A stretch of 64,000 nucleotides of DNA from Anaerolineales bacterium. Its GTDB lineage: Bacteria > Chloroflexota > Anaerolineae > Anaerolineales > UBA4823. The notes beneath the pieces were generated by a model. That model was not told where the DNA came from. It saw nothing but the letters and a program-made list of their open reading frames with translations, and did no database searches. This document shows positions 36,772-48,335 of the stretch, in pieces. The stretch's first letter is position 1; each line of letters opens with the position of its first letter. The DNA lies in contig DAOTZA010000139.1 of assembly GCA_034434515.1 (NCBI GenBank), positions 1,204 to 65,203 on the forward strand, in the 5' to 3' direction. The position numbers were made by a program, and so were the translations under genes.

Positions 36772-36873
36772 GGTTCATTATACCTTGCCTGTGGGTACAC
36801 TAGCCAGTATTTTTATTTTAGACCTAAAACAGCAGATGCGACCTTACAGATTTATTAGGCAAAAAGCAACGAT

Positions 36874-36903
36874 AAAAAAGCCCCTCTCCTTTTTGGAGAG
36901 GGG
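36874..36903 (-). terminator. Intrinsic terminator of fhs
   Basis: The minus strand reads CCCCTCTCC-AAAAA-GGAGAGGGG followed by CTTTTTT. It lies about 58 nt after the fhs stop. Confidence 0.75.
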
Positions 36904-36961
36904 GAAGGAGTGAGGAAGCAATTTTTCCTTTGCGAGAGATGTAGAGGGGGATGGAACGATT

Positions 36962-38887
<1,926 letters not shown>

Positions 38888-39143
38888 AACTTATTCCCTT
38901 TCCTTTGGTAGTAATTCGGTCGAGACTCAGGTTCGGTATATTTTGACAGGGAAACGCTTAAAAAGCAAGGGATTCCTTTCCTTATTCAAATATGCTTTGT
39001 GTCATCAGATAAAACAGGTAAGAATTATTGCAATAGTCTAAATTGATCGCTTGCCATAAACCGTTAAAGCTCCCCGAAGGTTTACGGGGCAGGTAAATCT
39101 TCTGCAATGTTGCTTTAAAGATAAACCTTGCCCTACTTCTGAG

Positions 39144-40028
39144 CTAAGAACTGTGGCATCTGGCGGCCAGGGCAAGAGCCCCAAAACTGCCGGCAAAATC
39201 GCCCAAGTGGGGGGTGGTGATTAAGCTTTCAATCTCATCTTCCAGATCGGGCAAATAGCCGGCGCAATATTGCAACGTTTTCTGGCGGATGGTTTCGAGC
39301 AAACCGGGATGTTTCATCACCCCTCCGCCAAGCAGAATACGTTGTGGGCTCAGGGTGAAGATAAAATTGGCAAGCGATAAGGCCAGGTACTCGGCCTCCA
39401 GCTCCCAGGCGGGATGCCCTGCGGGCAGGTGTTGGGCTTTTACCCCCCAGCGTTGGGTTATCGCTTCACCGCTTGCCAGGCCCTCCAGACAATCGCCATG
39501 GTAAGGGCAGCACCCAGGAAACGGATCGCGTTGCCAATCGTGTGGAAGGCGGATATGCCCCATCTCTGGGTGAAAGCGGCCGTGCAGGAGGTCACCGTTC
39601 ACCATGCCGCCCCCACCGATACCGGTGCCAACGGTGAGGTAAAGAAAGGTGTCCAGATTTTGCGCTGCCCCCCAGGTCCATTCGCCCAGAGCTGCACCGT
39701 TGACATCGGTGTCCACCCAAACGGGAATTGAAAAAGCCTCTTGTAGCGCATGTACCCAATTGAAGCCCTGCCAAGCCAATTTGGGAGTCAGACCGACTTG
39801 CCCATAGCTCGATGAGTCAGGGTTCACCTCCACCGGCCCGAAGGCGGCCACACCGATGGCTTCAATCGGTTCAAAGCGTTGCTGGTTTTCTCTGAAAAAT
39901 GCAATGATAGCGGCGATCGTCTCGGAAGGGGTTGTGGTTGGGAGGGTTGTTTGGGAGAAGAACTGGTTGGGGTCAAAACCGACCACACAAACCATTTTGG
40001 TTCCGCCTGCCTCAATGCCGCCCAACAT
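39144..40028 (-). CDS. ROK-family sugar kinase (fructokinase/glucokinase-like)
   Basis: The start is set at Met48 of the ORF-track protein (ATG 40026-40028), 2 nt after the elp3 stop. It has the N-terminal MLGGIEAGGTKMV motif, GTGIGGG, and a ROK zinc motif variant (H...CCPYHGDCLE). Confidence 0.85.
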   Translation of the reverse strand: MLGGIEAGGTKMVCVVGFDPNQFFSQTTLPTTTPSETIAAIIAFFRENQQRFEPIEAIGVAAFGPVEVNPDSSSYGQVGLTPKLAWQGFNWVHALQEAFSIPVWVDTDVNGAALGEWTWGAAQNLDTFLYLTVGTGIGGGGMVNGDLLHGRFHPEMGHIRLPHDWQRDPFPGCCPYHGDCLEGLASGEAITQRWGVKAQHLPAGHPAWELEAEYLALSLANFIFTLSPQRILLGGGVMKHPGLLETIRQKTLQYCAGYLPDLEDEIESLITTPHLGDFAGSFGALALAARCHSS

Positions 40029-40030
40029 TT

Positions 40031-41638
40031 CTAGCTTATCTGAAGATCTTTGATGAGGTAAAGCTCGCCACGCCGAAAACCGCGTTGCAGGTAATACTGT
40101 CGCGTGCCCACAGCAGAGATAACCGCTAGTTTTGGGTAGCCGCGCTGGCGAGCGATCCGTTCTGCCCAATGAATGAGACGCGTGCCCAAGCCGCTGTGTT
40201 GGGCAGCGCCTGGCTGTTCTTTGCCTAATTCGACCGATTGGCCATAGACATGGACTTCGCGGATCAGGGCGGCTTCTTTGAGCTCGGCAATGAAGGCGTC
40301 TTTACCGCTCTCATGGGGTAAAGAGAGGCGCAAAAAGCCGGCCAGGTGATCGTCTTCCGTGACAAAGCTCAGAAAATTCTCCTCGGAGACATCGGTGGAA
40401 TAGACGATTGACTCGCTGCGCAAACGACGTTGATCGATGGGGCGTTGCCCGATCTCGCGGCAACGAATGCACTGGCAGCGAGTGCCGCGCCGCTTCAGCT
40501 CGCGCTGAACGTCCTGGCGTAAACTGGTGACTTTGTTGCCTTCCACCACGTAAGTCGAAGGGATATCGCGAATCACGCGATTGACGCGGCAATAACGGGG
40601 AATGGATGGTTTGACATCGGCGATTAGTTCAATGAGCTCTTGTGTCGAATATGGTCGGTAGCCACCTGCTTGCCAGATGGAGTGCAATTCCGTCCTTTCC
40701 AGCAATTGCGTGGGGTAAATTTTGATCTCATCTGGGCAAAACCCATCCCACATGCGTTGGAAATCCTGCCGATCCGATTCCGGGGTAGCCCCCAGCAAAT
40801 TGGGCATCCAGTGCAGCACGATCTTAAAACCAGCCATGCGTAACAGGTTAACTGCTTGGCGGGTTTGCGCAACGGTGTGGCCACGGCGGTTCAAGGCTAA
40901 GATTTCGTCATCGAAGCTTTGAGCCCCCATTTGAACTTTGGTGACGCCCAGTTGGCGCAGCCAGACGATCTCTTGAGGTGTAATTTCGTCGGGGCGGGTT
41001 TCGATAACCAGGCCAACATTGCGATGGGAAGCGGTCTCATTGATTGCGAAGGCCTCTTCTAATGTTGCGGTGGGGATGCCATTCATGGCATCAAAACAAC
41101 GCTGTATGAACCACTGCTGATAATCGCGGCGATAGGCGCTCCACGTGCCGCCTAATATGAGCAGTTCAATTTTGTCGGTTGGGTGACCAACTTCAGCAAG
41201 GGCTTGCATGCGCGAAGCGACTTGATCAAAGGGGTCAAAGTGATGTTCCACGGCCCGCCTGGCGCCAGGCTCGTCAGCAATATAGCTTTTAGGCATATTT
41301 TCTTCCGTTGGGCAAAAGATGCACTTCGCCGGGCAGGGATAGGGTTTGGTTAATACGGTTACGGTTGTCACCCCCGAACTGGTGCGCACCGGCTTTAGAC
41401 GCAGACGAGCAAGGAGCTGCGGATCGGGCGACAATCGCCCTTCAGCAACCATTTGATGGTAAGCTGCTACCAGGGCGTTTTTGCCTAAGTATCCTCCGCC
41501 TGGTAATGGATTGCGGCGCAAAGCCTCGGTGACCTCAACACCCTGGCGGATTTGCTCAACAGCCGTTTGGGCTAATTCCTTATATCGGGATAGAGACTGT
41601 CGCTTTTCTTTCCAAAGTTCTCTTTCCATTGCATCCAT
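40031..41638 (-). CDS. elp3: Bacterial Elp3-like radical SAM / GNAT acetyltransferase (tRNA U34 modification family)
   Basis: 535 aa. It has a radical-SAM cluster region (PCPAKCIFCP) in an N-terminal TIM-like domain. The C-terminal GNAT region reads QHSGLGTRLIHWAERIARQRGYPKLAVISAVGTRQYYLQRGF. Confidence 0.85.
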   Translation of the reverse strand: MDAMERELWKEKRQSLSRYKELAQTAVEQIRQGVEVTEALRRNPLPGGGYLGKNALVAAYHQMVAEGRLSPDPQLLARLRLKPVRTSSGVTTVTVLTKPYPCPAKCIFCPTEENMPKSYIADEPGARRAVEHHFDPFDQVASRMQALAEVGHPTDKIELLILGGTWSAYRRDYQQWFIQRCFDAMNGIPTATLEEAFAINETASHRNVGLVIETRPDEITPQEIVWLRQLGVTKVQMGAQSFDDEILALNRRGHTVAQTRQAVNLLRMAGFKIVLHWMPNLLGATPESDRQDFQRMWDGFCPDEIKIYPTQLLERTELHSIWQAGGYRPYSTQELIELIADVKPSIPRYCRVNRVIRDIPSTYVVEGNKVTSLRQDVQRELKRRGTRCQCIRCREIGQRPIDQRRLRSESIVYSTDVSEENFLSFVTEDDHLAGFLRLSLPHESGKDAFIAELKEAALIREVHVYGQSVELGKEQPGAAQHSGLGTRLIHWAERIARQRGYPKLAVISAVGTRQYYLQRGFRRGELYLIKDLQIS

Positions 41639-41867
41639 ACCTGTAATATCTACCCAATCTGTACCGCTTTATCGCCATAACCTGGCTTGCCATTTTGGAG
41701 TTCCCTCGTACTTTTGGGTTAAGCTTGCTGCCTGTCCTTCGTCCTTTCGACCGGGATTGGATTCGCATCTAATTTTACCAGAGCTTCGAATGAGCGAGGT
41801 TGCAGCCGGCAACCATTTTTGACGAAATTGGGTATAATATCCATAAATTCCAATTAATTTTTCTCTC

Positions 41868-42596
41868 ATGCGCGTCCTCGTTTTTTCTGATGTCCATGCC
41901 AATTTAACTGCGTTAGAGCGGATTCTCGCAGATGCCGGCGAATGCGATGCCGTTTGGTGTTTGGGCGATGTGGTCGGCTATGGACCAGACCCGAATGAAT
42001 GTGTTGAACGCATCCGTCGCCTTCCCAATCTAACCTGTATCCTGGGCAATCACGATGCAGCCGTTCTTGGTTTGATTGAGGCAGAGGCGTTTAATCATGA
42101 AGCCAGGCGGGTGATCCATTGGACGCAGCAGCAGTTGACCGAGGCAAACCTTTCCTTCCTGAAAAGTTTACCAGAGCGGCTGGTCATTGGGGATGTCACC
42201 CTTGTCCATGGCAGCCCCCGCCAGCCGGTTTGGGAATATCTGCTGGATACGCAGACCGCCCGACACAATTTTGATTTCTTCGATACCCCTTTCTGCTTTG
42301 TCGGTCATACACATTTGCCCATCCTCTTTCACCTTAATGAGATAGAGGCATATCCAATTGGTGGTTATCTACCTCCGAACCAGGTCGTTCAACTGACGCC
42401 GCGTGAAATCGTCAATCCTGGTTCGGTTGGGCAACCCCGTGACCGGGATCCACGGGCGGCTTATGCGATTTATGATACCGAAACGCATTGCTTTGAACAT
42501 CGCCGCGTCGAATATGAAGTGTCGTCGGTGCAAAATCGCATGCGTTTAGCCGGATTACCTATGCGTCACATTGAACGCCTTTCGGTAGGCTGGTAA
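41868..42596 (+). CDS. Metallophosphoesterase (YfcE/MJ0936-like)
   Basis: 242 aa. It has SDVHAN, GDVVGYGPDP, GNHD, GSP and GHTH motifs. Confidence 0.85.
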   Translation: MRVLVFSDVHANLTALERILADAGECDAVWCLGDVVGYGPDPNECVERIRRLPNLTCILGNHDAAVLGLIEAEAFNHEARRVIHWTQQQLTEANLSFLKSLPERLVIGDVTLVHGSPRQPVWEYLLDTQTARHNFDFFDTPFCFVGHTHLPILFHLNEIEAYPIGGYLPPNQVVQLTPREIVNPGSVGQPRDRDPRAAYAIYDTETHCFEHRRVEYEVSSVQNRMRLAGLPMRHIERLSVGW

Positions 42597-42681
42597 GAGA
42601 CGGAACGTTTTGCTCCTTTGGGACGTCTCTTAACTGCAAACGCTATCGTTTTCCCCAGGACACGTCGGTTTGAGGAGATGG

Positions 42682-43665
42682 ATGATGAAATCAAACATTT
42701 TTTCTGTGATGAAATTGATCGGACTCATGGTCATTGCAATGGTGTTGCTTTCCGCTTGCGCAGCCAGAGCACCCTCCCCGCCACAAAGCTCTGAGATGGC
42801 GATTTCGGGTCAAGACAGTTTTGCGCCGAACTACAAATCAGCTCCCACCTATGCACCTGCTCAACCGCAAGCTGGCGAGGGCGGTTTTGCCAGCACTGCG
42901 CCGAGTTCGGTTGAGCGGATGGTGATCAAAAATGCAAAACTCTCCCTCATCGTCAAGGAGCCTCCCACAGCAATGACGGCCATTGCCGAGATGGCAGAAC
43001 GAATGGGTGGCTATGTGGTCTCTGCCGACCTCTATCAAACGACTACCAGCAGCGGCAAGGAAGTGCCGCGGGCTTCCATCACCATCCGTGTTCCGGCCGA
43101 AAAACTCAATCAAGCGCTGGATGAGATCAAGTCGCTCTCGGATGAACCGCCGCAAAGCGAAAACATCACCAGCCAGGATATCACTGCTGAATATACAGAC
43201 CTAGAATCGCGATTGCGGAACTTAAAGCGGGCGGAAGAGCAATTGCAGGAAATCCTGGATCAGGCTTACTCAACCGAGGATGTCTTGAATGTCTACCAGC
43301 AGTTGACCCAGGTGCGCGAGCAGATTGAGGTCATTGAAGGGCAGATGAAATACTACCGCGAATCTGTTGCGCTTTCGGCAATCAGTGTGGAGTTAATCGC
43401 CGCTGAAGAGGTCGAACCGTTGACGGTTGGCAACTGGAGGCCAGTTGGGGTAGCGCGCGATGCCTTGCAAGCCTTGATTAATACGGTTCAGTTCTTGATC
43501 AATGCTGCTATCTGGGTGATTATCTTTGTCTTACCCGTTCTGCTCTTGATCTACGTGATCTTTGTTCTCCCCTTGCGAGTTGTGTGGCGTTTGGTGCGGC
43601 GCCGTAAAAAGACCCAGGCGCCTGCTACCACCCAACCAACCGATTCATCTGTTTCGTCCGCGTAA
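42682..43665 (+). CDS. DUF4349-like lipoprotein with a coiled-coil and a C-terminal TM anchor
   Basis: The start is set at ATG 42682, after the SD GAGGAG; the ORF-track TTG at 42670 is unlikely. It has a lipobox (LLSAC), a central coiled-coil (DLESRLRNLKRAEEQLQEIL) and a C-terminal hydrophobic helix followed by RRRKK. Confidence 0.7.
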   Translation: MMKSNIFSVMKLIGLMVIAMVLLSACAARAPSPPQSSEMAISGQDSFAPNYKSAPTYAPAQPQAGEGGFASTAPSSVERMVIKNAKLSLIVKEPPTAMTAIAEMAERMGGYVVSADLYQTTTSSGKEVPRASITIRVPAEKLNQALDEIKSLSDEPPQSENITSQDITAEYTDLESRLRNLKRAEEQLQEILDQAYSTEDVLNVYQQLTQVREQIEVIEGQMKYYRESVALSAISVELIAAEEVEPLTVGNWRPVGVARDALQALINTVQFLINAAIWVIIFVLPVLLLIYVIFVLPLRVVWRLVRRRKKTQAPATTQPTDSSVSSA

Positions 43666-43676
43666 AAATCAAAGCC

Positions 43677-44045
43677 TCACTCACCCCAAGCCACAGCTAC
43701 CGCAATGGCAAGCTCCCGGGTGTGTGTGAGGCTTATTGACCAAGCCTGGAGGCCTAACTTTTGCGCTTCCTGGAGCGCCTGGCGATAGAGGATCAGGTAG
43801 GGTTGATGCGCAGTGTCGTGAATAATTTCAATATCCAGCCAGCTTACTGCTCCAATTCCACAGCCCAAGGCTTTGGAAACAGCTTCTTTGGCTGCGAAGC
43901 GCGCCGCTAAGGATTGAGGCTGAGAACGATAAAGCTGAATCTCTTGAGGGGTGAATACCCTTTGCAGGAATCGCTCCCCATGCCGTTGGAGAACATCCTC
44001 CAGGCGTTGAATTTCAATAGCATCAATTCCCGAACGAATGATCAT
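43677..44045 (-). CDS. acpS: Holo-[acyl-carrier-protein] synthase
   Basis: 122 aa. It has GIDAIEIQR, AARFAAKEAVSKALG and SLTHT motifs. Confidence 0.9.
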   Translation of the reverse strand: MIIRSGIDAIEIQRLEDVLQRHGERFLQRVFTPQEIQLYRSQPQSLAARFAAKEAVSKALGCGIGAVSWLDIEIIHDTAHQPYLILYRQALQEAQKLGLQAWSISLTHTRELAIAVAVAWGE

Positions 44046-44057
44046 GCATTGACCGAA

Positions 44058-45359
44058 TTACGCTAAACTGCCAGCGATGGCAATGGCGAGGCGATCGGGG
44101 TCAAGATATTTTCGCGCCGTTTCCAGGATCTGTTCACGGGTGACCGAACGCACCAAATCGGCATATTGACGGTAATAGTTCAAGCCGAGTCCGTAGCGTT
44201 CCAGATTGCCAAGAGCATAAGCGACGCCCATATTGGACTCCAGCGAGAGGGGCAAACGACCGATGAAGTTTGTCTGGCTGTCGCTGAGCTCCTCTTCGCT
44301 GACTTTCTCTTGTACAAAGCGCTGAATTTCCTGGCGGATGATGGCAATTGCCCGTTCGACATTCTCCGGGGCGACGCCGGCGGCAATTGTCCAACTGCCA
44401 GGACCAATCCCCGAGCTGAGCCTGGAATAGGCGTAATAAGCCAGGCCGGCCCGTTCGCGCACGGCATCCCCAATCCGACCCATTAATCCAAACTGGCCGA
44501 GGATATTGTTGCCAATTGCGGCGCTCATGTACTCCGGAGCATTGCGTTGCGGTCCAACCGAGCCGACCAGTAGATCGACTTGGGATTTTCCTGGGATAAA
44601 AACCTTTTTTTGCACGGTTTCGGTGAGTGGTTGCAGGGGGGGCAATTCGGGAGGCAAAGGTTGTTCGGGATTCTGCCATTCGGCAAGGTGTTCGGAGATG
44701 ATCGCTATGGCATTCGACGGTTCAATAGCGCCAACGACTACGATGACCATGCCGCGCGGTCCGTAATGATGTTGGTGGAAGTTTACCAAATCTTCCAATG
44801 TGATTTGCTGAACGGTTTCAGTGGTACCTTCTTCTGGAAAACGATAGGGGTGATGGGCGTAGACAATCTCGTCGAAGGTAAGAGAAGCCATCTCTGCAGT
44901 GTCCTGGGAACGCAAGATCAAACCGGTCAGCAATTGGGCGCGTTTACGTTCCACGTGTTCAGGGGGAAAGGTGGGTTCTTTGATGGCAGCAGCAAATAGC
45001 TTACACAACATGTCGAAATCTTCGACCAGGGAGCGTCCTCCAAAGCTGGTAATGTGTGTACCCCCCTCAAAGCTCAAACTGGCGGCTGCCGATTCCAGCA
45101 AATCGTAAATCGTGTTGTAGTCAAAGGTTTTGGTTCCTAAAAGAAGGGAGCTTGCCGTAAAAGAGGCTAAACCGAGCTTTTCGGGAGGATCGAACAAACT
45201 CCCCACTTGAATATATCCGTTCAAGACGATCGAAGGACTGTTGAAGTTCGAGCGTACCAGAACGACGATGCCATTGGGCAGTTCAACCCGCGTGATGTCA
45301 TCTTCGCCGGGCAAGGAGTTTTGATGAGAGGGAGAGAAGGGTCGCAATTGACTCATCAT
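44058..45359 (-). CDS. M16-family peptidase subunit lacking the HxxEH zinc motif (probably the non-catalytic partner)
   Basis: 433 aa with an insulinase-like two-domain layout. No HxxEH motif is present. Its start overlaps the stop of the upstream M16 gene. Confidence 0.85.
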   Translation of the reverse strand: MMSQLRPFSPSHQNSLPGEDDITRVELPNGIVVLVRSNFNSPSIVLNGYIQVGSLFDPPEKLGLASFTASSLLLGTKTFDYNTIYDLLESAAASLSFEGGTHITSFGGRSLVEDFDMLCKLFAAAIKEPTFPPEHVERKRAQLLTGLILRSQDTAEMASLTFDEIVYAHHPYRFPEEGTTETVQQITLEDLVNFHQHHYGPRGMVIVVVGAIEPSNAIAIISEHLAEWQNPEQPLPPELPPLQPLTETVQKKVFIPGKSQVDLLVGSVGPQRNAPEYMSAAIGNNILGQFGLMGRIGDAVRERAGLAYYAYSRLSSGIGPGSWTIAAGVAPENVERAIAIIRQEIQRFVQEKVSEEELSDSQTNFIGRLPLSLESNMGVAYALGNLERYGLGLNYYRQYADLVRSVTREQILETARKYLDPDRLAIAIAGSLA

Positions 45360-46666
45360 TCAGAATCGCTTTCTTCGTCTTGGGGTGTGGCTGACGCTTC
45401 AGGTAGATAAACCCCGACCACTCGATTGCGGGTCTGCAGGTAGGTTTGGGCAACGCGTTGGACATCCTCAGGAGTAACCTGAGCCAACTTGTCGATGAAT
45501 TCTAAGTACCATTCATACGTGGCAAACATTTCCGAAAAGCCCATCCAAAATGCCTGATTGCTGATGCTCTCGCTGCCATAAGCAAACAAAGCGCGTGCCT
45601 GTTTGCTGGCGCGTTGAATTTCTTCGACAGGAGGTGGCGAATCTTGCAAGCGTTTGATTTCATCTTCAATGCGTTGTAACACTTGTTCGGCGGTTTTGTC
45701 GGGGCGGACGATGCAAGTGATGAGGTATAGGAAGGGGTCAATGGTTGCCCCAACTCCACCCTGGACACTGACGGCTAAATCGCCCTCGACCAGGGCGCGA
45801 TACAGCCGCGAGGTTTTATTCGAAATGCCTCCGCCAAAGATGTTCAGATTACTCGGTCCGGTCAGCAGGCTATCGAGAATGGTGAGGGGAATAAAGTCGG
45901 GATGGGTTGAATTGGGCACATGATGGGCGAGCATTAAGTAGGTAGTATCGTCCGGCCCTTGTACCGTAACGCGACGTTCCCCTTGTTGGGGGGGTTCAGT
46001 GCGACATAAGCGCGGCGGATCGATCCCGCGCGGGATGGGTTCGTAAAGCTCTCGCACGCGTTTCAGCATCTCCTCGGTGTCAAAATCGCCGGCGATGGCT
46101 AACACAGCGTTGTTAGGCACATAGTACGTGCGATAGTGCTGAACGAGGTCATCCCGCGTCATTGTCTGGAGATCAACCAAATCGCCAATGACCTCGTGAT
46201 GGTAGGGATGAACGCGAAAGGCGGCCGCTTGAACCTCTTCGCCCAGACGAAAGAGCGGTTCGTTTTCGTTACCCTGCCGTTCGGAAATGATAACCGTTCT
46301 TTCCGATTCCACTTCTTGGGGGTCGAAAAGACAATTAACCATGCGATCAGCTTCCAGGCTAAGGGCAAGATCGATTTTATCAGCCGGCATGGTCTCGAAG
46401 CAAGTTGTCCAATCGAGATAGGTCATTGCGTTCCACGAGCCGCCCTCCCGCGAGATGGCTTTATCGAGCACAGAGGCTGGAAAGCGGGGCGTCCCTTTGA
46501 AAAGCATGTGTTCGATCCAATGTGCGATACCGGTTTTTCCGCAAGGCTCGTCCCGCGATCCGACTCGATACCAGATCCAATGGCTGATTATTGGGGCGGT
46601 GTGAATCTCTTTGAGAAGCACCAATAAACCGTTAGATAGGGTCAGTTTTGTGATTGAATCCGACAT
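45356..46666 (-). CDS. M16-family zinc peptidase (catalytic, HxxEH)
   Basis: The start is set at ATG 46664-46666 (MSDSITKLTLSNGL), with GGAG 5 nt upstream. It has the zinc motif GIAHWIEHMLFKG. Confidence 0.85.
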   Translation of the reverse strand: MSDSITKLTLSNGLLVLLKEIHTAPIISHWIWYRVGSRDEPCGKTGIAHWIEHMLFKGTPRFPASVLDKAISREGGSWNAMTYLDWTTCFETMPADKIDLALSLEADRMVNCLFDPQEVESERTVIISERQGNENEPLFRLGEEVQAAAFRVHPYHHEVIGDLVDLQTMTRDDLVQHYRTYYVPNNAVLAIAGDFDTEEMLKRVRELYEPIPRGIDPPRLCRTEPPQQGERRVTVQGPDDTTYLMLAHHVPNSTHPDFIPLTILDSLLTGPSNLNIFGGGISNKTSRLYRALVEGDLAVSVQGGVGATIDPFLYLITCIVRPDKTAEQVLQRIEDEIKRLQDSPPPVEEIQRASKQARALFAYGSESISNQAFWMGFSEMFATYEWYLEFIDKLAQVTPEDVQRVAQTYLQTRNRVVGVYLPEASATPQDEESDSE

Positions 46667-46958
46667 ACAGGCTCCACTTGTACGAAATGACACTGAATAA
46701 TACCATGAGAGGAGTTTTATCAGCAATAATTAAGAGCTTTCCACTTGTGATTTGTTTCACGTCTGTATATAATCACAGAAGGTATAATTGTTTGGACTTG
46801 AGCGTAAGAGAGAAGGCAGCCTTGAAGCATCGATCTCAAAAGTCAAAACAAGGTTCCCACAATGGGTATTCCCTTGACCGTTTATTCCAGATGAGTTGCA
46901 ATATCCTTACCCAAAAGGAAAAATCGGCAAATTGTTGTGAGCATCATTTCAATAGCCA

Positions 46959-48335
46959 ATGGAGGAGCTCGTGGAAGGACAATCTCTTGAACAATATACG
47001 ATAGCTGTGGTTGGAGCTGGCCCGGCGGGGTTATTTGCCAGTCGTCAGTTTGCTGAAAGCGGGGCGAAAGTGCTCTTGTTTAATCGAGATATTAAGCCAG
47101 GTGGTTTGGCAGAGTATGGGATTTACCCTGACAAAGTAAAAATGAAAGAGGGTTTGCGCAAGCAGTTTCAGCAAATTCTGGAAATGCCCACCGTCCACTA
47201 CTTTGGCAATGTGGTTATTGGAAGAAAAGGCGATCTGACCCTGGATGAAATACAGGCGCTGGGGGTTGATGCAATTGTGGTCACCGCCGGAGCGCAAGGG
47301 ACGAAGTGGTTAGGTATTCCTGGTGAGACAATCCCCAAAGGGGTTTATCACGCCAAAGACATTGTTTACCATTACAATAAATTACCGCCTTACAGTCAGA
47401 AAGAGATCTTTATCGGGCGGCGGGTAGCCATTGTCGGGGTTGGAAATGTCATGATGGACATTGCCCGCTATTGCATTCGCGAGAAGAAGGTCGATGAGGT
47501 CATTGCAGTGGCTCGGCGTGGCCCGGCGGAAGTGAAATTCGATAAGAAAGAGATGGAATATGTCATTGCCAATTTGGATTTGGATGCCCTGGATGAGGAG
47601 ATCCGCCGCGCTAAGCCGATTATGCTGGCGATTGGACAGGATCCGGAAGAGGCAAAAGCGAACATTTTAGCCGCTTTACCCAAAGCAGTACCCCCGGTCT
47701 CGCGCACCCGTTTCCGCTTTGATTTCTTGGCTGCCCCGACCCGCATTCTCGGTGAGGACAAAGGGTATGTAACTGGACTCGAGATCGAAGATACGACTCT
47801 GGTGCGCGTCAAGGATGATACGCGGGCAAAGCTGTTGGGTTCCAGGCGTAATCTCTATGTGGATACAGTGATTTTCTGCATTGGGGATAAAGTTGATGAC
47901 GATTTTGGATTACCGGTGCAATGGAATGAGTTTGTCAAGAGCCCTAACCCACAATTCCCGGTTGATGAAATTTCTTATGAGGCCTATGACCCCGAAGCAG
48001 GCAAGTCTATCCAGGGGGTATTTGTCGCCGGTTGGTCACGCGAAGCGAGTAGTGGTCTGGTGGGGGTGGCACGTAAGGATGGAGAGCGCTGCGCGCGAGC
48101 GGTGATGCAATATCTTCAGACCGTTAAACCGAAAGCCCAAGCGGATGAGATTCTGCGCCTGATCCGAGAACGCCTGAGTGAGCTTCCGAAACCGGTGGTT
48201 ACTCAGGAACACCTTCCGCTGCTAATTGCTGCTGAGCGGGCGAAAGCAGCCGAGCTGGGTGTAGAAGATTTCAAGTTTGCTACCAATGAAGAAATGTTGC
48301 AGGTGATGGGCTTGCTGGAGGCAGCCGCAACCTAA
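46959..48335 (+). CDS. FAD-dependent NAD(P)H oxidoreductase, adrenodoxin-reductase / FprA-like
   Basis: 458 aa. It has the dinucleotide fold VVGAGPAGLFASRQ and a second Rossmann motif VAIVGVGNVMMDIAR. The length and layout resemble ferredoxin-NADP reductase FprA. Confidence 0.8.
   Translation: MEELVEGQSLEQYTIAVVGAGPAGLFASRQFAESGAKVLLFNRDIKPGGLAEYGIYPDKVKMKEGLRKQFQQILEMPTVHYFGNVVIGRKGDLTLDEIQALGVDAIVVTAGAQGTKWLGIPGETIPKGVYHAKDIVYHYNKLPPYSQKEIFIGRRVAIVGVGNVMMDIARYCIREKKVDEVIAVARRGPAEVKFDKKEMEYVIANLDLDALDEEIRRAKPIMLAIGQDPEEAKANILAALPKAVPPVSRTRFRFDFLAAPTRILGEDKGYVTGLEIEDTTLVRVKDDTRAKLLGSRRNLYVDTVIFCIGDKVDDDFGLPVQWNEFVKSPNPQFPVDEISYEAYDPEAGKSIQGVFVAGWSREASSGLVGVARKDGERCARAVMQYLQTVKPKAQADEILRLIRERLSELPKPVVTQEHLPLLIAAERAKAAELGVEDFKFATNEEMLQVMGLLEAAAT

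Noticed and set aside
38888-39143. A ZTP (pfl) or THF riboswitch upstream of fhs, and a THF riboswitch upstream of folE
   Set aside because: Both were looked for because fhs and folE are common targets. I found no GGGUCGUGAC...CCGCCUGGGC-type ZTP core and no THF motif. The folE 5' UTR is only about 35-40 nt.
40029-40169. A 47-aa N-terminal extension of the ROK kinase ORF (ORF-track start at 40169)
   Set aside because: The extension overlaps the 3' end of elp3 and is Arg/Ser-rich. The conserved ROK N-terminus starts at Met48 (40028), directly after the elp3 stop.
44134-44679. A 181-aa minus-strand ORF in an alternative frame of the M16 subunit gene
   Set aside because: It lies on the same strand as a well-supported M16 peptidase gene but out of frame, and it is Arg-rich with no motif.
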